From Octopus vulgaris (Eukaryota), in NCBI GenBank assembly GCA_951406725.2, contig OX597814.1, positions 201,500,001-201,564,000 of the forward strand: a DNA stretch of 64,000 nucleotides. The letters are read 5' to 3'. Every line of letters starts with the position of its first letter. Positions within the stretch are counted from its first letter, which is position 1. Below are positions 13,965 to 27,752 of this stretch, piece by piece. The notes beneath the pieces are model-generated. The model had not been told where the DNA came from and did not search any database. It was given only the letters and a program-made list of their open reading frames with translations. The translations under genes and the position numbers were made by a program.

Positions 13965-14279
13965 TATATATCACCGTGACCGACCAGACTATCAGATGTT
14001 GCTACACATCGCTGGTCACAATGCGCTTTGCATTGTTTTAGCCTTCAGATGACGCCCTCCCCCCCCCCCGCTGGCTAAGCGAGCAGGCCAACAGAGAAAA
14101 GAGTGAGAGAAAGTTGTGGTGAAAGAGTACACCAGGGATCGCCACCATCCCCTGCTGGAGCCTCGTGGAGCTTTAGGTGTTTTCGCTCAATAAACACTCA
14201 CAATGCCCGGTCTGGGAATCGAAACTGCGATCATACGACCTCGAGTCCGCTGCCCTAACCACTGGGCCATTGCGCCTCC
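13965..14279 (-). mobile_element. tRNA-derived SINE (head ggaggcgcaatggcccagtggttagggcagcggactcg)
   Basis: A-box TGGCCCAGTGG and B-box-like GTTTCGATTCC on minus strand; same head as the 15948-16339 copy. Confidence 0.8.
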
Positions 14280-15947
14280 ACATATGTCTGTATGTATGTA
14301 TGTGTGTGTGCATATGTGTGCGTGTGATGTCTGTAAATATACATCAAATGATATTGTTTGTTTCCAGTCTTCCATGAAAAGCATGTCTGACCATGGGTAG
14401 ATTCTGCCTTGTCTGGAAAGATGTTCGGGTTGGTGACAGGAAGGGCATCCAGCTGTAGGAAATCTGCCTCAACAAATTGCATCTGACCCATGCAAACGTG
14501 AGAAAGTGGATTTTAAACGATGATGATGGGGAGGTGAAGATGATGATGATGATGATGATGGGGAGGTGATGAGGATGATGATGATGATGATGGGGCAGTG
14601 AAGATGATGATGATGAGTATGATGTTGATGATGATGATGGGAGGTGATGAGGATGAGGATGAGGTGGATGAGGAGGGGGAGGAGGATGGGAGGTGGTGGT
14701 TTCTGTTTGTGCTTTTTATTTCTGCAACACACAGAAATGTCTCCTACTTTGGCAAAACAATTTTTTTTTTTGTCTGGAAATATAATAAAACAGTTCTACA
14801 AAACGCCTTTTTTTTAATTTTTAGCTCCAGTGTATTTCATTCCACATGAAATCAAATTGCTATCAGAAATACGAGATGAGTTAAACATGCTATGTTTCAA
14901 AATGATATTTAAAAGCAGCAGTGCATTGAAATCGAAATACAAACGATAATCATATATTTAAGAGTGAGGACAAACTAATTGGCAACTTGAGACAATTGAA
15001 GAATGCAAAGATAAAACGAATGAAAAACAGAATTGTTTTTCTTAATAATTGGAGGATTTCACTTATTCTAAGATAGCCAAGTGATCAAAGGAAAAGGATA
15101 ACATTTTTTTTAATGTGATTTAAGAAGAACAAGCTTTCAAGAAAGCTTTTGATTTCAGCATGCTGTCTTTTATGGAAGACTAGAAAATTCTAGAATTAAA
15201 AGGAAAAATAAAAACACTTCAAAAGCTAACATCCTCTTTTTATTTTGTTGTTATTTCATGTTGTTATATTTTGTTATTTTATCTTATATTTCTAAGGCCA
15301 ACTACGGTTGATTGGAAATTATTTAATTCTCATGTTAGATGAGACAAAATGGCCAAGTTAGTTTATTTGTTTAGGCTTGTTTTTTTTTAATATTTTCTTT
15401 CCCATTTCAAGTATCAAAGATAATTTTCCAAACTGAAATGCTGCCTGAACATGAATATACAAAGACACGTATATGAGCATAAAAATCTGTAGTCATGATA
15501 CGTGCACACATTCAGAAAATTCAAAATGCACATTCTGATGCAAATGGTATTGTTTTTGATGAATACAAAATATGATAAAATACATAAAGAAAACCAACAA
15601 AAAAATTTTCTCGAGATCCAGAAAATGCACAAAACTTTTGATTGAATATCTTGGAATTTCTTGTATTTTTAATTCAATTGTTGATATTGCATTTTGCCCT
15701 TTACACTTCAAGAACCTTCCTCACACACAGACCTTATATATAACCTTCATTTGGAATGGAACGGCACCTTTGATAATTTCTTGATACTAATTTCATAAAC
15801 CTTGAAATGAATATCTAGAGATGATGAGCCTATCACTTAACAGTAACTGAAACAATAGCCCCCAGTCTCAAATAATCAATACTATTGATTATTGGTGAAA
15901 TGGACATCAAAGACGTTTTGCCCCGTGCCAAAACTGCAGGTGCTGTT

Positions 15948-16339
15948 TTTTTGTTTGTTTGTTTGTTCAGCGAGGCGGTCTTCGTTCCAGAGGTTGCAAG
16001 ATTGCGCCTTGGGAGAAGTCCGAAACGTGGTCCTTTGCTATTCGTAAGACCCGCAGAAGAGAAAGCAGGTCAACCCCCGACACCAAGAACATCGACAGAT
16101 GGATGAATGCGCATCCAGGCTCAGCGGTTGCGTAGGAAGTCGGAGACAAGAAACAGGAAGAAAGAGAGAAAGTTGGAGTGAAAGAGTACAACAGGGGTCG
16201 ACCCCCCCCCCTGCCGGAGCCTCATGGAGCTTTAGGTGTTTTTCGCTCAATAAACACACACAACACCTGGTCTGGGAATTGAAACCGTGATCCTCCAACT
16301 GCGAGTCCGCTGCCCTAACCACTGGGCCATTGCGCCTCC
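15948..16339 (-). mobile_element. Full-length tRNA-derived SINE with (AAAC)n tail and TSD
   Basis: TSD tgcaggtgctgtt at 15935-15947 and 16340-16352; pol III boxes in the head. Confidence 0.85.
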
Positions 16340-16907
16340 TGCAGGTGCTGTTCAGTAGCATTATAGGCTCTTTGTCTGAAGTTCCTCACAATATGAGAAA
16401 CCCTTCTGTATCATCAACAGATATACTGATGGTCACAACCATCTTTGCCTCAAAGCCAGTCTGCTTCACCTGAGTCGGGAAGCAAAGATTGAGTCAGTCT
16501 TCATCTTCAGAAGAGTGCCACCTGTAGCCTCTTGTCAGCCCACCACCCCTATTTCTTGAGCTGATTTCAGTTGCCATGTCTACAGTCTTGATGGCTTTCT
16601 TCAGCTGTCTGGGTTCCAGCTTTCTGCAGCAAATAGCATACAGACCTTGCTGAAAAGCTGCATTTAATCAGCACCAAATTTTCTTTACAATTTTATATCT
16701 TCAATATATGGAAATAGCTTTTAACTTCTATTCTATGTATGAATTTATTTTATTTCCTATCAGAAATATTTTGCCAAGATTTACACCAGATATCAAATAC
16801 TATTTAGTTTGCAGGATTTTGAAAGATTTTGTTTAACTTTCTTCTCTCCAAAATATTTTAAAGCTTTTGTCTTTTATCATACATTTAACCTGCTATAATT
16901 TTGTTGC

Positions 16908-18161
16908 CATTAGGTTGTCAAGAAAGTTCTTGTTAATTTTTAATTTTGGTTTTAAATGATGTATTTTCAAATGAATTTTCATTAAATTACTTCAACTTTA
17001 TATATCATTTTAAAGCCCAGTTTTCGCTCTATCTAATCATGTTACACTTTTTCATTTTGAATAATTAGGCCATTTTGTCTGGAACATTGAATACAACATG
17101 GACAAAAAGCAAATTCACACAATTTTCTTATTCCAGTTCAAGCTAGGCCAAAAAGCTGCTGAAACAGCTCGTGATATCAACGATGCATTTGGCCCAGGAA
17201 CCACTAATGAACGAACAACACAATCGTGGTTCTTGAAGATGATAAACATAGTGGTCGTCCTTTGGATGTTGGCAACAATCAACTAAGAGCCTTAGTCGAA
17301 GCCAATCCACTCACAGCTGTTTGAGAGCTTGCTTCTGAATTAGACATAATGTATATGACAATTTCCAACCACTTGAAAGAAATTGGAAAAACAAAAATAC
17401 TTGAGAAATAGGTGTCACACAAATTGAACGACAACCAAAAATAACGCCATTTTGAAGTGTCGTCTTCCCTTCTTTTACACAACAAGAATGACACATTTTT
17501 CGACTGGATTGTGACCTACAATGAAAAGTGGATTCTTTATGACAACCAGCAATGCTCAGCTTAGTGGTTGGATGCCGACAAAGCTCCACGACCTTACCGA
17601 AGCCAAAGTTGCACCAAAAGAAGGTCATGGTGACTGTTTGGTGGTGTGCGGCCGGTCTGATCCCTCACAGCTTTTTAGATCCGGGCAAAAGCATTATGGC
17701 GGAGAAGTACTGTCAGCAAATGGATGAAATGCATAAGAAACTCTGACAGCAACAGCCAACATTGATCAATAGAAAAGGACCAATTCTTCTCCATGACAAT
17801 GTTCAGCCGCACATCGCACAAGTTACCCTGCAGAAGTTGAACGAATTGGGCTACAAAACTCTGCCTCATCCGCCATACTTACCAGACCTCTTGCCTACTG
17901 ACTACCACTTTTTCAAGCATCTTGACAACTGCTTGCATGAGAAATGATTCAAAAACCAAGACGATTCCAAACATGCCTTCAAGGATTTCATTGCCACCAG
18001 AATGCAGAATTTTTATGCTACTGGCATAAATAAACTTGTTTCACACTGACAAAAGTGATTCTGATGGTGTTTATTTCGATTAATAAAGTTTTGTTTGAGC
18101 CGAAATATGTGCAGATGAATTTAAAGGTTAAAAACCGCAAGAACCTTCTTGCAACCTAATA
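16908..18161 (+). mobile_element. Full-length decayed mariner (~1.25 kb), transposase pseudogene
   Basis: TIRs ttaggttgtcaagaaagttcttg / caagaaccttcttgcaacctaa; MDKKQIHTIFLFQFKLGQKAAETARDINDAFG, NEKW, KLHQKKVMVTVWW, LLHDN, HPPYLPDLLPTDYHFF; multiple stops and frameshifts. Confidence 0.93.
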
Positions 18162-18799
18162 TAGCTCAAATAGACTGCCTGGCATTAAAACCCAAGATAT
18201 TAAGTTGAGAGAACCATACGATATGTTTATAATTCTTTTTAAAAGCCAAAAAACTTGAAGTAAAACAGTTGCAGATAACAACTAAGGTGATCCATCCATT
18301 CAACTCCTTATGAACATGTTTGCTAATCCACAGTGCATGACACCTGCTGCCATATTAAAAATTTATATTCTGAAAATAAAGTTGAGTTTAAATCTTCTAA
18401 GAAATGCAACAATCTTTGCATTTGTTGTAATCTGCAATTTTTTTGTAATTATCACTTTGCCTCTGCCATTGTCATTTCAGATGACTAAACTCAATAATTT
18501 TAGAATTATTTTTCGGCATATTAAAGCTGATTCTATTACACCTGGTATTGCATTTCCTGCTACTTGTGTCATGTCAGCATGTCTGATTTAGTCATCAAGA
18601 CGTTTTACTATTCCAAACTATTTGGTTGTGCCTGTCTCACTGTCAGATACCATCCAATCCATAAAAGATTTTCAAGAACTGAATAACCAAACAGGTTGGA
18701 CTTTGGCAAAACAGTAAACCAGTGAAATAGTGTCATCTTCCTCTGATTCCTTGATGGTCCCCAACAAGTTAAAGATGCTCTGTGTTGAAATGGTTACTA

Positions 18800-19021
18800 T
18801 TTTACTCCTTTATTTGTTTCAGTCATTTGGCTGTGGGTATGCTGGAGCAGTGCCTTTATTCGAACAAATCGACCCCAGGACTTATTGTTCGTTAGCCTAG
18901 TACTTATTCTGTCGTGTCTCTTTTGCCAACCCACAAAGTTACGGGGATGTAAGCACACCAGCAACAGTTGTCAAGCAATGTTGGGGGGACAAAAACACAC
19001 ACACACATACACACACACATA

Positions 19022-19068
<47 letters not shown>

Positions 19069-19283
19069 TTAATCCAAACAAGAAAGCACAAAAAAAACAG
19101 AACAACGCGAGGACGTGGAACAAATATAGTATTATTGGACGCTCAGGAAAGAAGGAAAGAAGGAGGGTTTAACGTTTCGAGCGGAGCTCTTCGTCGGAAA
19201 CATAGGAGAAGGAAAGATCCAGAGAAGGAAAAAAAATCGCCAACGGTACAGATGAGGTCATATATATATATATACACACACAC

Positions 19284-19317
<34 letters not shown>

Positions 19318-19474
19318 GACAGGCATCTTTCTGTTTCTATCTACCAAATCCACTCACAAGGCTTTAGTCGGCCCGAGGCTATAGTAGAACACACTTGCCC
19401 AAGGTGCCACACAGTGGGACTGAATCCAGAACCATGTGGTTGGTAAGCAAGCTACTTACCACACAGCCGCCCCT
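18800..19474 (-). mobile_element. SINE family A interrupted in its internal (TA)n by a ~195-bp hammerhead-containing insert
   Basis: Head ggctgtgtggtaagtagcttgc at 19470 and tail ...gactgaaacaa at 18810; insert ~19066-19260. Confidence 0.8.
19167..19201 (-). ncRNA. Minimal hammerhead motif, U4C core variant
   Basis: Minus strand GUUU-CCGACGA-A-GAGC(ucc)GCUC-GAAA-CG-UU-AAAC. Confidence 0.6.
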
Positions 19475-19721
19475 CTAAAAATAGTTATGACCCATCAAAA
19501 TACCTCATACCCCTGTGATACTTTCCACCCCCTGCGTGTTTACAACACTCCTAAGAAGTGTTGCTTCTACCCACTTCCAGAATAACTATCTTATATTCCC
19601 ATCCTTATCTCCCGTTTCCATCTCTAGGAACAACATCTGTTCTCTCTCTCTCTCTCTCTCTCCATGTTGCATTGTTATCCACACCTTTCTCTCATACGCT
19701 CTCATATTCACCTCATAACCT

Positions 19722-20115
19722 ATTTCTTTACTACCCACAAGGGGCTAAACACAGAAGGGACAAACAAGGACAAACAAACGGATTAAGATGATTATATCGA
19801 CCCCAGTGTGTAACTGGTACTTATTTAATCGACCCCATAAGGATGAAAGGCAAAGTCGACCTCGGCAGAATTTGAACTCAGAACGTATCAGCAGACGAAA
19901 TACCTATTTCTTTATTACCCACAAGGGGCTAAACACAGAGGGGACAAACAAGAACAGACATAGGTATTAAGTCGATTACATCGACCCCAGTGCGTAACTG
20001 GTACTTATTTAATCGACCCAAAAAGGATGAAAGGCAAAGTCGACCTCGGCGGAATTTGAACTCAGAACGTATCAGCAGACGAAATACCGCTAAGCATTTC
20101 GCCTGGCGTGCTAAT
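19722..20115 (-). mobile_element. Tandem partial dimer of SINE family B
   Basis: ~182-bp segment repeated (19722-19903; 19904-20115). Confidence 0.8.
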
Positions 20116-20145
20116 GTAACCGTGTCCACTACAGAGTCATGCTCA

Positions 20146-20182
<37 letters not shown>

Positions 20183-20642
20183 TTCATTCCATAGCTATGT
20201 AAGCTTCATCATTATGATCAGCCCCTTCTCTCTCTCCCTCTCTCTTTCTCTCTCTCTCACCCTCCATCCCCCCTTTCTCTCTCTTTCATTCCATAGCTAT
20301 GTAAGCTTCATCATCATGATCAGCCCCTTCTCTCTCACTCTCTCTCCCCACCTTCCACTCACACATTCCCTCATCCTCTTTAATCTCTCCCATCATGTTT
20401 ATTTTATTACTCGACATATATTCACAGAATCCCTTTATGTAAACATCTCTGATTTTATAAAATATGAAACAGGAAACATAAACAATTTATATTAGCTTTT
20501 CCCTTCGGTTGACTATTTGCATTATTATTGAATTAGTCTAAAATTTACATATTTACATATTTGCTAACGTCTCATATATTGAATAGCAATATAGTGCTTA
20601 TGTAAATTTGGGCAACGTACAGTAGTAGTCAAATATCATCAA

Positions 20643-20689
<47 letters not shown>

Positions 20690-21032
20690 ACAACAACAAC
20701 ATCATCATCATCATCATCATCATCATCGTCATTGTGACTGCCATCATTATCCTCATCATTATCATCATCGTTGTTGTGTGACGTCCACTCCACTATTCCA
20801 TGTTTGCAAGATTTTTTTCGCAGCTGGATGCCTTTCCTGTCATCAACCTTCACCCGTTTGTCCAACTGGGTAATATTACCTGACGTGCAGAAAGCAGAGA
20901 ACTGGCAGAAATGCTAGCACACCGGGCAAAATGCTTAGCGGTGTTTCGTCTGTTCTTACGTTCTGAGTTCAAACTCCGCCAAGGTCAACTTTAACTTCCG
21001 TCCTTTCAGGGTCGACAAATTAAGTACCAGTT

Positions 21033-21346
21033 AATGATGATGACAACAACAACGATGATGATGATGATAATGATGATGACAATGATGATGAAAATGATGA
21101 CGACGACAACAACGATGACGACAACGATTATGATGATGACGACGACGACGACAATGACAATGACAATGATGACGATGATGACGACAGAAATTCTGATGAC
21201 GACCATGATGTTGCTAATAATCATGACGACAATGATGATGAGGAAGATGATGATGATGTTGATGGTGAGGATGCCACCACCACCACTACTGATGATGCTG
21301 TTGACGACAACGATGATGATGATAATGGTGATGATGATGATGATGA
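21033..21346. repeat. Degenerate (GAT/GAC)n microsatellite
   Basis: Directly visible. Confidence 0.9.
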
Positions 21347-22176
21347 CCATGAGTTGCCAATTCCCTTGAACATATTTTCACTCATCTCCTCAAGCCAATC
21401 TGTTCAGAGGTGATGTCCATATAAAGTTTATAACTTAGAAATTTAATTAGTGATGACAACGTTGAATAAAATTTCGTTATCCTAAATATACTTTAAAAAT
21501 CCGTTTATTCTGTATTAATTTGTAAATAATCAGAACAATAAAAAAATATAGTAACAAAAATCAGACAGAAAATTTATTGATCAAAGTCACATGACATTCT
21601 ATGGTATTACAGTCATTTGGGGTGCTGATATTTTTACCTTCTGATAATAGATGCTGATAAATACCATAATGTAATTAATTATATGTTTATAGACTAATTA
21701 CATTGTAGATATTTGGCAATATTTCAAGTGTGCTTTACTAAAACAAGTGGGGTAGGGAGCTATGATACTGGAACCATTGCACTAGATATTCATTTATATT
21801 CTGTCCTCTCCACTCATATTTTACATAGCTCTTGCTCCCCTAAGTCACCAAATCATCCTGCCTTCCCTACTAGTATATGTCTCTCTCTCTCTCTCCATGC
21901 ACTACACCTGCCTCTCTGCTCCGACACCAGGGACCTCTTAACAATATTATTTATCCCTGGGAAAATCAACATACTGGGCCTTACAGTATTTATTATCAGC
22001 AAGTCACAACATACATAGACCAGAATTGGGCTCCCTAAATCTGTAAGGCACCTGGACAACAGCCCAGTGTGCCCATCTCTTAAGACCACAATGCTCCTCA
22101 CTCTTGCAACTTACCCAACCACTTGCCATTTTCCTCTCTCTCTCTCTCTCTTCCTCTTTCTCTCTCTTTCTCTTCC

Positions 22177-22225
<49 letters not shown>

Positions 22226-22649
22226 CTGTCTACTCTATCAATATTACTCTTCTGCTACTCTTCACATCGATTATCATTGCTCACTCCCTCCCACTTACTT
22301 ACCTGTCATGAAAATCACCCCTCAACCCTATCCAATCTCTACAGTTCTCACCTACTTTCCCCTATAACACCTACTTCTCATCCACTCAACATTTGTTATT
22401 CATTCATTCTATTCATCCTCTCACTCACTCCCCAACTCTTACTCTCCCATACAATCTATTCCCACACCAGTTCTTTTGCCCCTATACACTTCTACATACC
22501 TCTGTACTTTGAGGTTCCACTCAGACACCTTCTCTTCTCTTCTAAAATGCAAGAAGCCATATGGTTGCTCTAGAACAAGACACCAGTTCTCATTTGGTCT
22601 GTCTGTTATATTTTCACTTCTCATCTCCCAAGACAAGACTGTCTTTCAT

Positions 22650-22736
22650 AGGGTTCATAATCTTGGGGTTCATAATCTTTCTTGGGGTTCATAATTTTGG
22701 GGTTCATAATCTTTCTTTCTTGGGGTTCATAATCTT
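22650..22736. repeat. Short minisatellite, core gggttcataat x5
   Basis: Five copies with variable T-rich spacers. Confidence 0.85.
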
Positions 22737-23475
22737 GCAAGTTGCATAGTGTCCTCACAATACTAATACCACAAAGAAAGCACCCAGTTCACTCTGTAAA
22801 ATGGTTGGCATTAAGAAGGGTGTCCAGCTGGAAAAAACCATTCCAAGGCAGACGCTGGAGCATGTTTTTGTACTAGGACCCATTGGATATTGTCAAACCA
22901 TCAAACCCAGCCAGAATGGAACATGGACATTAAATGATAATAATGAAGATTTTTATATCAAGTCATTTATGTAAAACGCAATGAAATAATGATGATGAAT
23001 GCTTAAATGAATATTCTATATATCTAATATATCATATATCAATATAATAACATTTAATTAATTCAGGTATTATATTTCACAAAGTTCCAAAGTATAATCT
23101 TCATGCAATTCTGTAATTTATCTCAAATATTTAAAATCGTTTTGAAAAACATTTTGGAAAAGTATCAGTGTTCATATTGCAAGGCAAGTAATCAAACATT
23201 TATGAAGACGATGATTTGGTTGCCAAGTGACAAAATCATTTTGATGGCTAACTTCATCATCTTCCTTGTTTTTGGGGTAAAAATATTAATAGAACAAGAA
23301 AAGTTGACATTGGTAAGGATATAACTACTCTCTCGCTTAAACATTTGCACGAAATACACTAAGCAAAGCTTCGTGGGTGGAAGAGGTAGACGGAAACTGA
23401 AAGAAGCCTGTCGTGTATGTGTGTCTATGTTTGTGTGCATGCACGGATGTGTGTGCATGTGTGTATATGCTGATG

Positions 23476-24042
23476 CATGAGGTGCATTCAAACTGTATCC
23501 AACTTTATTTTTTTCTGCCAAAACTAATGCCATGTGAGCAAAATCCTTTGGGTGGAAGGTGACACCACCCTTTCTGTGCATGCTTGAAAATTGTCGTGCT
23601 GGAAGACTGTGTCAGTTTCCGGCTGTCATACTTGGAGTACAGATGTGTTATATGCTTTTGTCAGATTGCCGTTTTCATGCAAGATGACCGAATGCATCAA
23701 GCAGAGATACTGGGTCAAATTTTGCCAAAATCTCGATGATGCTCAAGCTCAAGCCATCCTGTATATTCAGCAGCCCTTTGGCGATGATACCATGGGCAAA
23801 ATTCAGATCAAGGAGTGGTAGATGGCCGTACCTCAGTGGAGAGTGAGGCATGCTCTGGCAGGCTACCCACAATCTGAAACAAGGAATTGATTTGAGAAGA
23901 TTCAGCGAATAGTCATAGAAGACCATCAGGTAATAATCTAGAGGACTATTTATGAAGCAGATTCTGTTTTAAAGAAGGGTTTGCACATGCAGCCAGTGTG
24001 GAGAAAAAAATAAAGTCAGGTACTTTTTGAATGCACCTCGTA
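23476..24042 (+). mobile_element. Mariner deletion derivative (5' part of transposase between TIRs)
   Basis: TIRs catgaggtgcattcaaa...actttattttttt / aaaaaaataaagt...tttgaatgcacctcgta; MTECIKQRYWVKFCQNL. Confidence 0.8.
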
Positions 24043-24378
24043 AGCCAAGCCTTCCTAGTTAAGAACAACACACTGCTTGTTCGACAGGCTGCCTATTCTC
24101 CCAATTTGCCACAGAGTGGCTTCTGGCTTTTCCCAGAATTGAAAACCACATTGAAAGGGAAGTGACTTGAGTCACAAGAGGAAATTATGAGAAAAGCAGC
24201 GGCAGAACTCCATATCGTTCCAGAGAAGGTGTTTCAGAGGTATTACCAGCTGCAGAAAAACTGCTGAGAGAAATGTGTGAACTCCCAATGGAAGTATCTT
24301 GAAGGTGATTAAATAAAATCTGTGAAATGTCACCTTAGTCTGCTGGCTGGGGACAGTTGACACTTTCCATCATACCCA
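24043..24378 (+). mobile_element. Mariner transposase C-terminal fragment
   Basis: AYSPNLPQSGFWLFPELKTTLKG...EKCVNSQWKYLEGD*. Confidence 0.75.
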
Positions 24379-24419
24379 GCAAAATAAGCTGTGAGGTTTC
24401 ATATAATAAGAATATTAGA

Positions 24420-25846
24420 TGGTCAGATAAATAATTTCTTTTTCATGGATGATATAAAGATTTATGCGAAAAATGATAAACAACTTGAAAGTCTTGTACA
24501 TACAATCCACATTTTCTCAAATGATGTAGGTATGGAATTTGGGATAGAAGAGTGTGCTATATTGAATATGAAATGAGGAAGATTTGACAGAAGCCAAAGA
24601 AGTGAAATTCCAAATGGGCAAACAATAAGAACGGTTGAGAAAGCACATGCGTACTTGGGAATGCTGGAAGCAGATGAGATATGAAAAAAGTGAAGAAATG
24701 AAATAAATTAGCAGTAGGGAGTACAGAAGGAGAGTAAAAAGATTATTGCAGTCAAAGATGACTTCCAAAAATCTTATTGAAATAATAAATTCAAGAGCAG
24801 TATTCTTAATCAGACATGGAGTTGAATTATTGACTCGACTAAAAGCAAAATAAAGAAACTTGATATTAACCGGCTGTACTTGAGGGAGACCCAGGTGGAA
24901 GAGGCTTAATAGCAGTAGAAGAATGTATACAAATGGGAAGAAAAAGTCCAGTCGAGTATTTACAGAGCAGCACAGAAAAACTACTAAAGCTGGTGAATAA
25001 AGAACAGGTGATGAAGTGTGTAATAGGAGAAAAGGTCAAGAATGAAACACAAAGGGAGCATGTCAGACAGATCGGAGAGAAACCCATGCATGGTACATAT
25101 ATGGAACAAAATCCTGAGCTTAGTTAAAAAAAAAAGGAGCAATTAAAAAAGAAATAGAGAGCCTAATTGTAGCTGTCGAAGATCAAATGAAAAAACAAAC
25201 AACTTGAGAAAAAATATTAATGGAGAGAATGTGTCAGAAAAATGTAGAGTCTGAGGAACTTGGATTGAGACAGTGGCACACATTGTGGAAGAATGCCCCA
25301 AGTTAGCACCGGAAGAATATAAGAAATGGAGGCCCGACCAAAGTGTGAAGGTTTTACACTGGAAAATGTGCCAGAAATGGGGATTTGAAGCTGGAGTCAG
25401 AGACATGTAAGATTTTGTGGGACTTTCTTTATTCAAATGGACAAGAAATAAGAAAATAATAAACCAGACATAACGTTTGTAGATAAGGAAAAGCGAAGTT
25501 GCTCATTTATTGACCGATCATGCCTATTTGAGGAAGTAAAACAAAAAAAAAAGATAATCCCTTAAAGTTTGAAATAGGAAAAATTTGGAACATGCAAACA
25601 GTAAAGGTCATGATTATAATAATTGGTATTTTGGGAACAGTAAGCAAAGATATAGACAAATGGCTGAAGAAGACTGGAATACAATGCTCTACAGAGCTTC
25701 TACAGAAGGTTTGTCCCTTAGGGACAGCAAGGATTATCAGGAGGGTTCTAAGCACTTGAAAGACTACTGAAAACTTATGGATACCTAAAGTTACAGGTAG
25801 TGACATAAATCCCACCAGGAATAAGACCAAACCTGAGCTAAACCAA
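24420..25846 (+). mobile_element. R4/Dong-clade LINE, decayed (RT, CCHC knuckle, RLE endonuclease)
   Basis: FMDDIKIYAKNDKQLESL..FSNDVGMEFG (RT), CRV*..ETVAHIVEECPKLA (zinc knuckle), NKPDITFVDKEK..FID (PD..D); ends in (AAT)n. Confidence 0.85.
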
Positions 25847-25870
25847 AATAATAATAATAATAATAATAAT

Positions 25871-25908
<38 letters not shown>

Positions 25909-26451
25909 GTACCAGGCAATGGCTGTCATGGCTTCTGATCTTAACTGATTGGAAGTGTTATCATGTACATTGCTTTGTCTTGGTATAAAAGATGGGCTAC
26001 AGCAAATATTCTGCTCAATACCACAGATTTGCTTGTCAGTTGTTTGACCTTAACCAGTTGAGCATGTCCCTTAGTGGCTGACGATATGTGCATCTCTGAT
26101 CACGAGCAGAAGTAATGGGGGAGCATCATAGCCATGTGTTGAGAGGGATTCTTTGGGGTTTGAATAATTCACCTCTGGAAACATGGGTGGATCTTTCAAC
26201 ATCCTTAAACAACCCTTATTCAGGGACCTTTTGAGTGGGATGGGCTACTCAACCTGAAGAAAATTCTAACTGGGCCCCACCTGCAAGGTCATGTACTGTT
26301 TATCTTGATATGAGATCACCATGTCGCGCACATATGGTTGTGATGCATGTGCCTGGTGTACCTTTATCAGACGGGTAGTCATGATGGGTATATTGGGCTT
26401 CGTATATTTTACCCCAGTGTCACTTTGATGGCATGCACTGCTCTCTCACTC
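25909..26451 (+). mobile_element. Non-coding ~540-bp insert between (AAT)n tracts
   Basis: Sharp boundaries with (AAT)n on both sides; no ORF; presumed retroposed 3' UTR or non-autonomous element. Confidence 0.4.
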
Positions 26452-27752
26452 AATAATAATAATAATAATAATAACGATGATGATGATGCCATTAAGCATT
26501 TTGCCTGGTATGCTAATGTTTCTGCGAGTTTGCTGCCTTCTTAGACAGACAAATATTTATTTCTTTATTGTTCACAGGAGGGTAAACATAGAGGGGACAA
26601 ACAATGATAGACAAAGTGATTAAGTCGATTACATGAAGCCCAGTGTGTAACTGGTACTTATTTAATCGACCCTGAAAGAATGAAAAGCAAAGTCAACCTT
26701 GTTGGAATTCGAACTCAGAATGTAACTGCAGATGAAATACCACTAAGCATTTCGCCCAGCATGCTAACAAATCTGTCAATTCGCTGCCTTCATAGACAGA
26801 TATTAAAATCACAATCCATGTACCATAATGAATGTGTATATGCTGCAAAAAGGCTTGATGCTGTGGAATTATCTGAGATAAAATCATTTTATAAACTTGT
26901 GTTAAAAATATAAAAACACAATATATATCTGAATGTAAGAGGCACCATTCAAGTGTGATCATTACCAGCATCGCTTTACTGGCACTTGTGCCAGTGGCAC
27001 GTGAAAAAACATTCGAGTGAGGTCATTGCCAGTGCCGCTGGACTGGCTCCTGTGCAGGCGACACCTAAAAACACCATTTGAGAATGGCCGTTGCAAGTAC
27101 CACCTGACTGGTACTCATGCCGGTGGCATGTAAAAGCACCCACTACACTCTTGGAGTGGTTAGCATTAGGAAGGACATCCAGCTGTAGAAACTCTGCCAG
27201 ATCAAGATTGGAGCCTGGTGCAGCCATCTGGTTCACCAGCCCTCAGTCATTCTTCCAACCCATGCTAGCATGGAAAGTGATGATGATGATGATGGTGATG
27301 ATGCAATGAAGATTGCCACTATAGCAACTCATAAAGTTAAAATGTTTTCTTCTACTATAAGGTGATTATTTAATTTGTTTTTTTTTCCTTTAAAAAAAAC
27401 TTTATTAAATTCTCTATTTTCTTAAACAAATATGTTTTCAGGAACAATTATCAAAATTCCTCTTTGTAATTTTGTTTGAAATGAAATCTCTTAAAAATTC
27501 TAGAAAATTATTTTACAAACCTCATAATATTTTGATTAAAAAGTTTTAGAAAAATTTGCTTCCCGCTATTGTAGTTTTTGAATTCAGTCTCACTGTACAG
27601 CACCTTGAGCAAGTTTCTTTTCTACTATGGCCTTCAGGTCGACCAAACATTTGACAGTATAGATTTGGTTGATAGAAACTGAAAGAAGCCCATCACATGC
27701 ATGTATGCATGTGTATGTGCAAGTGTGTGTATATGTGTGTGTATGCATGTGC

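Noticed and set aside
14200-14279. tRNA genes (also ~16339, 27753, 52198, 58226)
   Set aside because: No complete cloverleaf; they continue into SINE or PLE bodies.
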